Part shown: positions 11,731-24,092 of the stretch, piece by piece
Position numbering within the stretch: position 1 is the stretch's first letter
Layout: each line of letters opens with the position of its first letter
Assembly (NCBI RefSeq): GCF_006345805.1
Contig: NC_043002.1
Coordinates: 41,974,001-42,038,000, forward strand
Reading direction: 5' to 3'
Source: Octopus sinensis
Taxonomy: Eukaryota
Length of the DNA: 64,000 nt
Notes under the pieces: generated by a model
Seen by the model: only the letters and a program-made list of their open reading frames with translations
Told to the model about the DNA's origin: nothing
Database searches by the model: none
Made by a program: the position numbers and the translations under genes

Positions 11731-14499
11731 TGTTAATTTGTTTTTGTGTGTGTGTTTATGGTTGATGTATATCGTCTGAAGGATGTATAAGTATCGGCGA
11801 AAAAACTCATAAACCTTGTGTGGTATTTGTTTCACTCATGTTGCATATACACTGTTTTGTCATTCTCTGAAATGATCATCTTTCTAGGAGCTTGTAACCA
11901 AGGACGCTTTGGTTCACAAATGTCATATAAATTAAAAATAGATGAATAATCCAAATTGGCAGCTGTTGGCTTATCTGTATTATTTCAACTTAAAAAAAGA
12001 GGATACGTTAAATGTACTAAAAGATATGATCATGACTGAAACTTTTGTATTTTAGTATTTTATTTTTTTTTTAATGCAAATATCAGAAACTTCCAAAACC
12101 CAACTCAAACACATCATTGGGTGATGAAATGAATAGAATAAGAATTTGGAGAAAATGTATTGTCATCGACTGGCCATTCTGTTAGCCTGTCGGTAACATA
12201 TTTACACCGATCTGTAGGATTATTTTCTACTTTATAATTGATAAGGTGAATCGTTCCCGAAATATAAAAGAGGCTTTAAGCAATCTATGATTAATTTTTG
12301 TTTTCAAAATTACTTTTTAGTTTCGTTCTATGAAGTTGCGTACATCGGTCCGTCATTGCACGGATCCAACACAATGTCTGAGTTTACACAAGAAACAGTT
12401 GCCAGCATTTCGCTCAACCATCCTTCATTACACGAGGAGACGCTGTGGGTGACCCTCTAAGACCCTTTTCGTATTGAGAGGGGTGAAGAAAGAGAGACAG
12501 CGACGAGTGAGAATGATTGAATCTGATATTTAAGTGGTACTTTATCTATCAATCCCTGAACGATAAAATGTAAAGTTGATCTCGGTTGCATTTGAACTTG
12601 GAGCACAGAGATTCGGAACACATACTACAAGACACTCTAACGAATCTAATCCCTCACTTTTTTCAAAGTAGACACCAGCTAAATCTCTTCAGTGAAGATG
12701 GGGAAAATCGATTGGATCGATCCCAATTTGAGAACAGAAACCTGCTTCGTTAATCAAGTATTGATTAACACAACCACAAAATTGACCCTGTACCTAATTA
12801 AAATAAATCCGTATTTTTCATTTTATCTAACAACATTTCACACTGAATGAAACTAACTCGCATCTATCCATCATATTGTTCACCGTAATCTGGCCACATC
12901 TCAAATAATGAATTTCAAAGTTGTTATGTATAGTTTATTTTATAATTATTAGAAGTAAAAAAATAAAAATTAAAAGAAAAAAGAACAAAACAAAAGCATC
13001 CCTAATTTCAGAATCAGACGAAGCATTTAGTTTCCTTTATAATTTTCTTTTTTTTTTTCCTTTCTTTCTCTTATTTTTTTCTTTTCCGAAATTGAGGTCA
13101 CATTGAAATTAAGCAACAATAGCAACATCAATAAGCACATAGCAACAGCTGTTTGTTTTAGCTCTAATGAACGAACATCGCTTTTATTAAATGAATTTTT
13201 GATTGAAATTTTAATAAGCTTCCATTCCAGTAACACGTGGACTTAAATTTTCAATAAAACAATCATTAAATGGATTTGTGAAGTTTTTTTTTTTTTTAAG
13301 TTTTAATTGCAACCTCGGGAATAATGGTAAACTAGTTGCATTGGCTTCCAGAATACAAAAATAAATAGATAAATAAAAAGTAAAAATATATAAATAAAAA
13401 ATATAATGAAACGGAATAAAATAAATAAAATTAGAGCTCGTGGTCTTTAGCTGGTTAACCATCCCACTGTTGATTGATTTATTGTTTAACAATAGCAGAG
13501 GGGTGCATAATGAAGTTCCACTGAAATATGCTACCGGGGTTATTGATGGGTTTCTTGAACAAGACAAAGCAGTGTGAGATTTGGTACAATACTGAAAATA
13601 ATCGTTACAAACAACCTAATAATCCACAAACACATATGCGCGCACACAAATTGGATTCTAAAATATAAATACAGTAATGTCTCACTTTGTGAAGAGCCGC
13701 TTTACGAGACTCCAGGTTCACGAGTATTATTTTATAATAAATATAAAAAGGTTAAACAACCATTTTGTGTGTGTGTGTGGCAACACTGGTTCTGAAGTGC
13801 CTACACAGCTGCATATAGCAACAGAGTAAAATGACAGCATAAAATTTGTAGAGAGCATAAAAAAGCTTCTTCTTAGTAAACAACTCTAGACTTGTTTTAA
13901 AAAGAAATTTATAAGTCCGTCTACGAGTGCTTGTGAATCGGCGATAGCGTCTACAAGTGACGGTGCGCGCGAGTCTAGTGCGAGTGAAAGTGATTCAGAA
14001 AACGATTATAATAATATTTTTTATTATAAATGATCTTGACATTCTTTTTACTTTACATAAAATATTCTTTACATTCTATAGTTGTTTTATTGCCATTTAC
14101 TTACGAGTATTTCTTTTCTTTCTTTCTTTCTTTCTTTCTTTCTTTTGTTTCAATCATTTGACTGCGGCCATGCTGGAACCGATATCCAAGTAGAAATAGT
14201 TACATCGGATTTAAATATGAAATATTGAGTGTACTCTAGCTAATTTTATTAGGTCCATTCCACGAACAATTATTTGAATAACTCATGTCAATATGTCTAA
14301 CTTATGTCACGGAAATATTGAACTTTAAAATTTATAAAGTTTATCGTATAAACTGAAAGATATATTCCAAGTATGTGTCCGTATGAAGAGCTTTCGTTAT
14401 TTAGAAACCTTACTGTTTCTTTTTCTTTAAACCTCTTGTTTCATTATCACAATTAAAAAGCATTTCAGAATCGTTTATCTTTAAAGCGAAAAAACAAAA

Positions 14500-14847
14500 C
14501 CGACGTAATTTCCAGACAGTCATATTTAGTACAGATTGATCCAACGGTTTGGGCGTGCATAGAGGAAACACAGTAACACACACACACACACACACACACT
14601 GACAGACAGACAGTAAGATTAAAAGGGAAACAATAAAAGGGAAACTATAGCGTTATGAAAACTGAAAATATTATACTGCTGAAAAAAAAAATCTGAAGGG
14701 TCGTCTGGGGGTACATCACCCCTATATAAATAAGGGCCAACATTTGACCCCTACTCCCAGAACCCTCCCCGAGTAATGAAAAACCTGCATGCGAAATTTG
14801 GTACAGATTGATCCAGCGGTTTGGCTGTGCATAGAGGAAACGCACAT

Positions 14848-14942
<95 letters not shown>

Positions 14943-15360
14943 GATTTTATATATATAGATAGAGGAAAAGTGAAACTATAGTGTTATGAAAAGTAAAACA
15001 ATGCTGCTTATGAAAAGTGAAACTATTATCAATCTGCAAAGAATAAATTGGTAAGGTTCGTATAGTGGGGGTAGGATTTAGCTCCCTATGCGGGTAAGGG
15101 CCAAAATTTAATCCCCCTACAACTTCCCCCGAGTAATGAAAATCCTTTGTGCCAAATTTGGTATTACCGCTGAAAAAAATCGGGAGGGTTGTATAGAAGG
15201 AACTACAGCCCTCTATATGGGCAAGGTCCAAAATTTGACATCCCTAGAACCTTTCCCGAGTAGTGAAAAACCTTCATGCCAAATTGGGTACAAATTGATC
15301 GAGCAGTTTGGCCGTGCATAGAGGAAACACATACAGACAGAGAATTTTATATATATAGAT
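14500..15360 (+). mobile_element. Tandem array of three related non-autonomous modules, DINE-1/HINE (Helentron-associated)-like
   Basis: The motif TACAGATTGATCCAGCGGTTTGGCTGTGCATAGAGGAAAC recurs at ~14530, ~14800 and ~15290, followed by (CA)n or ACAG tracts. Two modules end in TTTTATATATATAGAT and two start with GAAACTATAG(C/T)GTTATGAAAA. Confidence 0.45.
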
Positions 15361-15365
15361 AAAAG

Positions 15366-15649
15366 TAAAAAAGACCTTCAGTCATGAACGACCATGGGAT
15401 TGCACCTAGAAAATTACCCTTCGAAGCATAAGTTCGAGCAAGGTGGATTATGGAGGACTAGCAGTCGTCCATGAACAGCGTCCTCTCTTCACGCCACTGA
15501 TGTTATCCAAATGAAAGGCCGATACAGCTAGGTATCGTGGCAACGTGAAGTAAAGTGTGTTGCTCAATAACACTGCCTAGTCTGGGAATCGAACTCACTA
15601 CCTCAAGATTGAGAGCCCGACGGCCTAATCACTGACCATGCGCCTTCAC
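15366..15649 (-). mobile_element. SINE-C with internal deletions
   Basis: Collinear with 16103-16443. Confidence 0.85.
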
Positions 15650-15659
15650 TATATATACA

Positions 15660-15740
<81 letters not shown>

Positions 15741-16033
15741 TTGTCCTGTTTTTACCATTATTGTTTTTTGTATTTTATATTCGTGTGGCATCGTCCGTTT
15801 TTCTGTCCCTGTTTCGTACACATTCGATCCTTCTTCCAAGAAATCTAATGCTCGTAGATTAGTTTTTTCCTTGGGGCTGGCGGATCGGAGCGATCTCAAG
15901 ATTAATCAGCCGAAATTGCTACGATGATCCGGTTCTTGACTGAAGATTGAAGGCTTCGAATGTCCCGTCCGTGTTTTTTGTATCGTCTTCTAAATGTTTA
16001 CGTTCTTGTCCCAGTTTTATTTTTTCTACATAA

Positions 16034-16075
<42 letters not shown>

Positions 16076-16102
16076 TATATATCTATATATATATATATAT
16101 AT

Positions 16103-16439
16103 AAAGGGTAAAGACCCCCTTCGGTCATGAATGACCATGGATTGCACCTAGAAAGTTACCCTCCCAGACACAAGTCCGGGCAAGGATGTTATGGAAGGCT
16201 AGCAGTCGCCCATGCATACCAGCCTCCCCTCTCCACGCCACCAGTGTTATCCAAGGGAAAGACAAAGGTCGATACAGCTTGGCACCTGTGACGTCGCAAC
16301 TCATTTCTACAGCTGAGTGAACTGGAGCAATGTGAAATAAAGTGCCTTGCTCGAGAACACAACACGCAGCCCGGTCCGGGATTCGAACTCACAACCTCAC
16401 GATCGTAAGCTCGACGCTCTAACCACTGAACCATGCGCC

Positions 16440-16443
<4 letters not shown>
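16103..16443 (-). mobile_element. SINE-C, full length (tRNA-Arg-like head, CORE-like body; OR-type)
   Basis: Minus strand: GAAGGCGCATGGTTCAGTGGTTAGAGCGTCGAGCTTACGATCGTGAGGTTGTGAGTTCGAATCCC..GTGTTCTCGAGCAAGGCACTTT..CAGCTGTAGAAATGAG, ending GACCGAAGGGGGTCTTTACCCTTT. Confidence 0.85.
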
Positions 16444-16522
<79 letters not shown>

Positions 16523-17029
16523 GTATGTGTATATATATGTATATATATATGTTCATATATATATAATATATATACACACACACACACATACACACATACA
16601 CACACACATACACACACATACACACACACGCACACAAACTCACACACGAGCTCTTTTCTTTTTATGCCAGTAATGTTTATAAGAGACTATGAAAGATGAA
16701 ATGAAATGAATGATGGTGAAAGTTATGCGATTACAGAAGTCTGCAAGGAAGGGGTCAGCAGTCTCAACGACTGACTGACATTTTGTTGGCACTTCGAATT
16801 CTGGCAAAAGCTCCTCCTCCTCCTCCTCGTCCTCGTCCTTCCCCTCCTCTGCTTCTCTCCTCTCCCCATATTTCCATCTGGTAAGGGAGAACGACTGAGT
16901 CTTCGTGTTACGCTAATCGCTGCGAGGCTTCGGGCCAGATCTAATGTTTACCTTCAATTTAAAAATTTCTCGCGAATGGAAAATTTTCTTTGTATCATGG
17001 GAAAATCTATTCACTTGCTTATAATTCAT

Positions 17030-17033
17030 GTTT

Positions 17034-17123
<90 letters not shown>

Positions 17124-17125
17124 AT
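17030..17125. repeat. (TGC)n(TAC)n compound microsatellite
   Basis: Direct reading. Confidence 0.95.
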
Positions 17126-17227
17126 GGCAAAGGTTTCTCTGGTCCTCCGTCTCCTTTTTTCTTCCTTCTCGTCCATTACCTCGCTCTGGCCTTTATTTTT
17201 CTCTCTGGTATGTATACAGAAAGTGAA

Positions 17228-17645
17228 AGGCTGCGAGCTGGCAGAATCGTTAGTACGCCGGGCGAAATGCGTAGCCGTATTTCGTCTGCCGTTACGTTCT
17301 GAGTTCAAATTCCGCCGAGGTCGACTTTGCCTTTCCATCCTTTCGGGGTTGAAAATTAAGTACCAGTTCGCACTGGGTCGTTATAATCGACTTAATTCGT
17401 TTGTCTCTTCTTGCTTCTCATCTCTTTGTTTAGCTCCTTGTGGGTAGTAAAGAAATAGGTATTTCGTCTACCGTTACGTTCTGAGTTCAAATTCCGCCGA
17501 GGTCGACTTTGCCTTTCGTCCTTTCGGAATCGATTAAATAAGTACCAGTTACGCACTGGGGTCGTTATAATCGACTTAATCCGTTTGACTGTCCTTGTTT
17601 TCCCCCTCTGTGTGTAGCCCCTTGTGGGTAGTAAAGAAATAAGAG
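17228..17645 (+). mobile_element. SINE-B dimer
   Basis: Full unit plus a headless unit joined at AAAGAAATAG|GTATTTCGTC (~17460). Confidence 0.9.
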
Positions 17646-17789
17646 AGGACGACGACGACCACCATCACCACCACCACCACCGCCGCCGCCGCCGCCGCCA
17701 CCACCACCACCACCACCACCACCGCCGCCGCCACCACTACCACCACCACCACCACAACGAACATAATCGCTTGTAAGATTTTTATTATT

Positions 17790-18188
17790 AATTTCTAGAA
17801 AAAAAAAGAAAAAAGAATGTGATTTTCGTCATCGCCATGCAAAACTGCATCAAAAGTACATTTTTGAAAATGATCTAGTAAAATTTCGAAAAGAACTTCA
17901 AGTGGTTGGAAGAAATTTGACAAGTTCCGCTGATTTCCATGACAACGAACGGTTCCGACATACGATATGCTAGCAATGGACGCTATCGATTGACTTATAT
18001 TTCATAACTTTTAATGCTTATAACTTCTTTATTGTAAATTTCTAATGAAAAAATAAACAAAAAAAAAAAAAACATGAATGCGATTTTCGTCTTCAGCATG
18101 CAAAACTGCACGAGAAATACATTTTCTGAAAATAATATAATGTAAATTTAAAGACTTCAAATGGTTGGAAGAAATTCAACAAGATCCA
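17790..18188 (+). repeat. Diverged direct repeat pair (~145 bp units, ~100 bp spacer)
   Basis: GATTTTCGTC..CATGCAAAACTGCA..TACATTTT..CTTCAA.TGGTTGGAAGAAATT occurs at ~17820-17930 and ~18080-18185; possibly the subterminal region of a DNA transposon. Confidence 0.7.
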
Positions 18189-18280
18189 AAGAAAGAGAGA
18201 AAAAGCAGAGAGAAAGAGAGAGAGAGAGACGGAGACGGAGACGGAGAGGGAGAGGGAGAGGGAGAGAGAGAGAAAGAAGG

Positions 18281-18335
<55 letters not shown>

Positions 18336-18462
18336 GATAGATAGAGAGAGAGATAGATAGAGAGAGAGGATATACCATACCAGTGCGTTGTTATTCGTTG
18401 ATATTTATTATGTGTGACTGAGTCGGAATATCTTTATTAGTGATGGGGTGATATAAAATGTA

Positions 18463-19110
18463 AGGCGGCGAGCTGACAGAAATGTTAGTACGCCGGGCAG
18501 TATTTCGTCTGTCTTTATGTTCTGAGTTCAAAATCCGCCGAGGTCGACTTTACTTTCATCCTTTTGGGGTTGATAAATTAAGTACTAGTTGCGTACTGAG
18601 GTCGATCTAATCGCCTGGCCCCCTCCACCAAAAATTCGGGCCTTGTGCCTAGAGTAGAAAAGACACGAATAAAAGAAGGCGGTGAGCTGGCAGAAACGTT
18701 AGCACGCCGGGCGAAATGTTTAGCGGTATTTTGTCTGCCGCTATGTTCTGAGTTCAAATTCCACCTCGGTCGACTTTGCCTTTCATCCTTTCGGGGTCGA
18801 TAAATTAAGTACCAGTTACGCACTGGGATCGATATAATCGACTTAATCCGTTTCTCTGTCCTTGTTTGTCCTCTCTGTGTTTAGTCCCTTGTAAGTAGTA
18901 AAGAAATAGGTATTTCGTCTGCCGCTACGTTCTGAGTTCGAATTTTACCGAAGTCGACTTTGCCTTTCATCCTTTCGGATCGATAAATTAATTATCAGTT
19001 GCGTACTGAGGTCGATCTAAAATAAGTTCCAGTCGAACACTGAGGTCGATCTATTCGACTTCCCCACCTTTCAAAATTGCGGGCCTTGGGCTAAAATAAG
19101 AAATGATTAT
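18463..19110 (+). mobile_element. SINE-B cluster: short-tail copy followed by a multimer
   Basis: Units start at 18463 and 18677; re-entry at ~18910; the final short tail ends in ATT/GTT repeats. Confidence 0.85.
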
Positions 19111-19703
19111 TATTGTTGTTGTTGTTGTTGTTGTTGCTTTGTTAGTGGTCAGTCTCGATTCAGGAGACCAATAATCAAAGCTATTCTTGTCTCTATACTA
19201 TCTTTTGTGTGCATGTGTATGTGTGTATGCGTGCTCACCTGGCATACAGGTCTACATTGTCTTATGTGATCTTTTATCCTTTAAAATGAAGTTTGTTTTA
19301 AATAGTTCAACTGCTATTTCTAACATGTCGAATGACCACATAGTGGCTTCCCCGTTGGCTCCTATCGTTGTTACAGATGGTCTATGGCTTGAGTTGGTGA
19401 TTGTGATTTTTGCCAACGCGACGAGTGATCTTCATATAGATATAGCCTAGCATGTTCGTGCGTGTAACAGTCAACATCGTTAGAGATTATCTTACTGATG
19501 TTGGAAATAGGTGGCGGTAGTGGTATCTCGGTTTAAGGGAAGACAGGTTGAACTCATCTAGGAGAGATCAAAGCCGCACTGGTTGTCTGTGAAATGTTAA
19601 CACCTGAATAAAGCTGAACTGTTTTCTAGTCCCAAAGAAGAGGTTAGTCTTTAGGGTGTAGATATGTTTGGTCACCAAAGATTGTCAGGTTTAGCACCGT
19701 CAA

Positions 19704-20311
19704 CCCTTTAGCATTTTAACTGTCCACATTCGGCCCAAATATTCTACCTGCTTTCAAACTGGCCATATCTACCCTACATTGCCGTTCTAAAAATACAGAA
19801 CCGCATCCTTGAAATCTCAAAGCTATGAGATAATGCACGGTTAATTCAAAACATTATGAAACTATAAGTCTCTTTTACTCTTTACTCTTTTGCTTGTTTC
19901 ATTCATTTGACTGTGGCCATGCTGGAGCACCGCCTTTAGTCGAGAAAATCGACCCCAGGACTTATTCGTTGTATGCCTAGTACTTATTCTGTCGGTCACT
20001 TTTGCCGAACTGCTAAGTTACGGGGACGTAAACACACCAGCATCAGTTGTCAAGCGATGTTGGGGAGACGAACACAGACACACAAACATACACTCACACA
20101 CACACACACACATATACGACGGGCTTCTTTCAACCTCCGTGTACCAAATCCACTCACAAGGCTTTGGTCAGCCCGAGGCTATAATAGAAGACACTTGCCC
20201 AAGGTCCACGCAGTGAGACTGAACCAGGAACCATGTGGCTGGTAAGCAAGCTATTTACCACACAGCCACTCCTACGCCTGCATTTTACAGAATAATCCGT
20301 ACACTAAAAGG
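19704..20311 (+). mobile_element. piggyBac-like MITE split by a SINE-A insertion
   Basis: Left end (TCAA)CCCTTTAGCATT at 19704; degenerate right end ACACTAAAAGG at 20301-20311, directly after the SINE. Confidence 0.4.
19869..20279 (-). mobile_element. SINE-A, full length
   Basis: Collinear with 37097-37508; tail has (GAGTAAA)-type repeats. Confidence 0.9.
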
Positions 20312-20329
20312 TACTATTTTTAAAATATT

Positions 20330-20655
20330 TATATCGTAGGGTCAAAAACTAGAGAGAATCACGGAATATTTGCTTCAAGAGAGGTACAAGACATTCGCTT
20401 CTGTATGGCTAGGAGAGTTGGGCTTTGCTTTGTTTAGAGACTAAGTTGTTATGTTTTTTTCATTCGGTGATGTTTGGGAGGTCTCTGTGGAGGCGGTACG
20501 GTTTGGGTGTGAAGTGCTTCGCTGTTGCGTGAACGATACCTGTGGTTAGAGATGAATGACGAGTGGTGTCATCTGCTTAGGAGACAGCAATGTTAGATGA
20601 CAGCGGGCAGATTGTTAATGGAGTGAGGGAGAGTATGGGGGTCCGGGACTTCAGC
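20330..20655 (-). pseudogene. Degraded CR1/L2-group reverse transcriptase fragment
   Basis: Minus frames give INNL..., SNIAVS*ADDTT (YADD motif) and RDLPNITE*..NLV..SKAQ. Confidence 0.5.
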
Positions 20656-20719
20656 GAATTATGAGGAACAACAGTGCTGATAGTGTGTCAGAGAGAATCT
20701 GAATGTATGTCTATATGTA

Positions 20720-21104
20720 ATGTATGCGTGTGTGTGTGTGTTGTATGTATGTATGTATGTATGTATGTATGTATGTATGTATGTATGTATGTATGTATGT
20801 ATGTATGTATGTGTGTGTATGTATGTGTGTATGTATGTGTGTATGTATGTATGTATGTGTGTGTGTATGTATGTATGCATGTATGTATGTGTGTGTGTAT
20901 ATATATATATAGATACATACACACACACATACACACACACGAATACGAACGGCTTCTTTTTAGTTTCCGTCTCCCAAATCCACTCACAAGTCTTTGGTCA
21001 GCCTGAAGCTATAGTAGAAGACACTTACCCAAAGTGCCACTCAGTGGGACTGAGCCCGGAACCATATGATTAGGAAGCGAGCTTCTTACCACACAGCCAC
21101 GCCA
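20720..21104 (-). mobile_element. SINE-A 5' half plus an expanded (TACA)n/(CA)n tract
   Basis: 20941-21104 matches the SINE-A head and body; the microsatellite lies where the SINE internal repeat is expected. Confidence 0.8.
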
Positions 21105-21499
21105 CACGCATGCATATATATTTATATTCACACTCACAGACACACACATATGCATATACATACACATGTATGTGTTTACATTAATATAAAACAATATATG
21201 AGTTTGCGTGTAGCGAAGTAACATGAGAAACATACGTTTTGTTTTTAAAATACTTGCAGTACCTGCTCCAGTTAATCGATAATCGGTAGTGCTGGTCCTT
21301 TACCCTACTAATATTGTCATATTGATTTTCTTCTATATTCATTATTCATTATGATAACCCGATCGTCGCATTCAACTTCGAAGCCGCTGTCTTGTATTCC
21401 ATTTTGTAACCCCCCGACGTGTGTCTCATTTTCTCCCCTGGCTACATCACTCTCCTTGTTTCACTCGACATATACATTCGTAGCTTTCTATTATTTGCT

Positions 21500-21625
21500 C
21501 TAAAGAGAATTTGATCGAACCCAAGAATATTCGTTATTATCTTATTAGCTTCAAGCAAGACATCTTGTCAGATTCCATCTTCGGCCTTCTTTTGTTGTCG
21601 TCATATTTTAAGATGAAATATTAGC
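21500..21625 (-). repeat. Dispersed repeat; inverted homolog at 27110-27235
   Basis: AACAAAAGAA.GCC.AAGAT.GAATCTG..AGATGTCTTGCTTG...TTCTTGGGTTCG.TCA is shared by both copies. Confidence 0.7.
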
Positions 21626-23349
21626 TGGAATGCTTTAGGGCAGGGAGATAGCGATCAGGAAGTCTTTATCGAAGTTTACAACATCCACGTCACTGCAGCT
21701 ACAAATGCCAGTTCGCCATAGAGGCGTCCATCGCATGTGAGATGCAAAAATCCCCATGCCAGCAACCAGCGACGTACACATACATAATTTATTGATACTG
21801 TGTGTGTGTGTGTGTGTTGTGTGTGGTGTGTGTGTGTGTGTGTGTGCAAACCCATTCACATGCAGTTTTCATAAATTATACAATTTGCATCTTCGGTATG
21901 ACTTTCCTCCAAGTGTTGTCAATGATTGTGGAATACATTAGCAAAGGTTTTCTCTTTCTCTTTTACTTTCTATTTTATTTCATTTTATTTTATTTATTTT
22001 TCCTCTACGTTATCGCTCATCTCAACCGCTCGTCATACAGGTAAGGTTTATGCTCAAAATACATGCCACATAAAGGTTTTTTTAAAAATTGTTTTTATTT
22101 TTATTAAAATTTTTTTCTTCTGTTTCACCACACACGGTTGAATTGCTTCTAAAATAAAGTAGCCATAGTGCAATATGTGGACTGGACCGTATGGTGAAAC
22201 ATCTTTTCTTCATTGCATTAAAGGGAGGCGGAAGGGAGTTAAAAACAGCTTGCTGTTTCTACAACACAACAGACAAATCTGAAAAATGTAGCATAACAAG
22301 AATAAAAATGCATGATACCTTGTACTGAACAGTAAAATCCCTTCAAACAGGATCCATTAAACTCATATTTTATTTTACAAAAACTAAAGATACATCAACG
22401 TTTTTCTTAAAATGTACAATTGGCTCATACCACTGGTCACTCTTGGATAATTTTTGTTCAAATTATGCTAATTACCTTGACCATAAATATGCTCGATTCT
22501 TTTTTTTTAATAAGTCCTTTGGCTTCTGGAGATAATTGTCAGATAATTATTCTCGACTGTACTCTTATCTCCAGCCAATAAGCCTGTCTCTTTTCCTTAA
22601 TGACCTGTCAAATTCTTGAATCTTGCGATTATCTCCCCTCCTCATGTGGAAATGGCCTTAATTCTCATTTGGTAATTATGATACATCCTCTAGAGACGGA
22701 GATAATTTTTAATGAATCAAGAATTTTAATGTCGTACGTTTATCTGATATACCTATATTTGCCTATGTTGTTCAAACACATGTCATTCGCCACTCAGTTA
22801 TTTGTCTTAGCTCACATTTTAAAAAATTACCGGATATAATAATCACATACACAAACAAAGAAACAAAGAAACAAATAAACAAACAAACTTGCCTTTGGTT
22901 CTTCTCGGTAAAAAAAAATGTCTACAGTCAGCTTACTTTACATCAAATGCTATAGAATATCTTCAGATTAGCATCAATCAAATCTGCTTTGTGACTATTT
23001 GTAAACGATTCTGAAACTTTATTCATAAATTTTCTTTATGTATACAAATTCGCTGTTAGTATTTATTTTATTCTTATGATTTGTATTACAGTTTTATCTA
23101 TATCACATTACTATGATAATTGGACCAATATTAGTATATGAGTGTGCGTGTGTGTGCTGGCATGTATTTGTGAGTATATACATATGTGTGTGATGTGCAC
23201 ACACTAACACAAACGCACACACACACGTACACATACACACAATATATGAATATACATACATACACACAATATATGCATATACATACACACAATATATGCA
23301 TATACATACATACACACAATATATGCATATACATACATACTGATATATC

Positions 23350-23613
23350 TTTCAACTTTTTTTAATCTTTTATTTGTTTCTGTTATTGCACTGCGGCCAT
23401 GCTGGGACATCGCCTTGAAATGTTTTAGTTAAAGGAATCGAACCCCGTACTTAATTTAAAGCTTGATACTTATCTTAACGGTCTCTTAACTGGTATGTTG
23501 TGGGAACGGAAACAAACTAATATCGGTGATCAAGCGGCAGGATAGGAGTGAAAATCCGCAGTTTGTGTATTATGAATGTACGTATGCACATGCTCATACG
23601 CAAACACACGCAC

Positions 23614-23664
<51 letters not shown>

Positions 23665-23850
23665 CTATGTATGTATGTGTGTGCGTGCGCGCGTGTGCAT
23701 GTGTGTGTGTGTATGTGTGTATATGTGTGTGTATATGTATACATACCTAATACACGTACTACGGATTTTTACTCACAAGGCATTGGTCGGCCCAGGGCTA
23801 TAGTTGAAGACATTTGCCCAAGGAGCTGCGTAGTAGAACTCAAAATCACT
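23350..23850 (-). mobile_element. Old SINE-A with an expanded internal microsatellite
   Basis: Tail at 23350-23545, body at 23760-23850, (CA)/(TA)/(TG) tracts in between. Confidence 0.7.
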
Positions 23851-23864
23851 TGTATACGCACGCG

Positions 23865-23927
<63 letters not shown>

Positions 23928-24020
23928 GCATACATACATACATACATACATACATACATACATACATACGTACATACATACACACACACATATATACATA
24001 TTAGGAAGTCAATTGTTATA

Positions 24021-24092
24021 GCCGGTTAGAGAGTGACCCTATTAGTTTTGCATCTATAAGGCGCTTAGCCGATTCAGTGATTCGTGAGACTC
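24021..24092 (+). mobile_element. One end of the palindromic MITE family seen at 5447-5579
   Basis: TATA+GCCGGTTAGAGAGTGACC...TATAAGGCGCTTAGC..GATTCGTGAGACTC aligns with the ends at 5447 and 5579. Confidence 0.6.

Noticed and set aside
15770-16020. Complex segment resembling Penelope pseudo-LTR sequence (similarly 34945-35110)
   Set aside because: Single copy in the window, no ORF, and the resemblance is from memory only.
16360-16443. tRNA-Arg(ACG)-like sequence (also 5626-5700, 32193-32260)
   Set aside because: It continues directly into a SINE body and lacks a proper acceptor stem and terminator, so it is a SINE head and not a tRNA gene.
19260-19700. Possible Penelope-like RT traces on the minus strand (IISNDVDCYT, LEIAVELFKTNFIL)
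   Set aside because: Too degenerate, and the motifs sit in different frames; needs a profile search.
22140-22700. Protein-like minus-strand fragments (SDQWYEPIV, NSLPPPFNAMKK), faintly like Academ-type transposases
   Set aside because: Many stops and only one weak motif; cannot be supported by eye.
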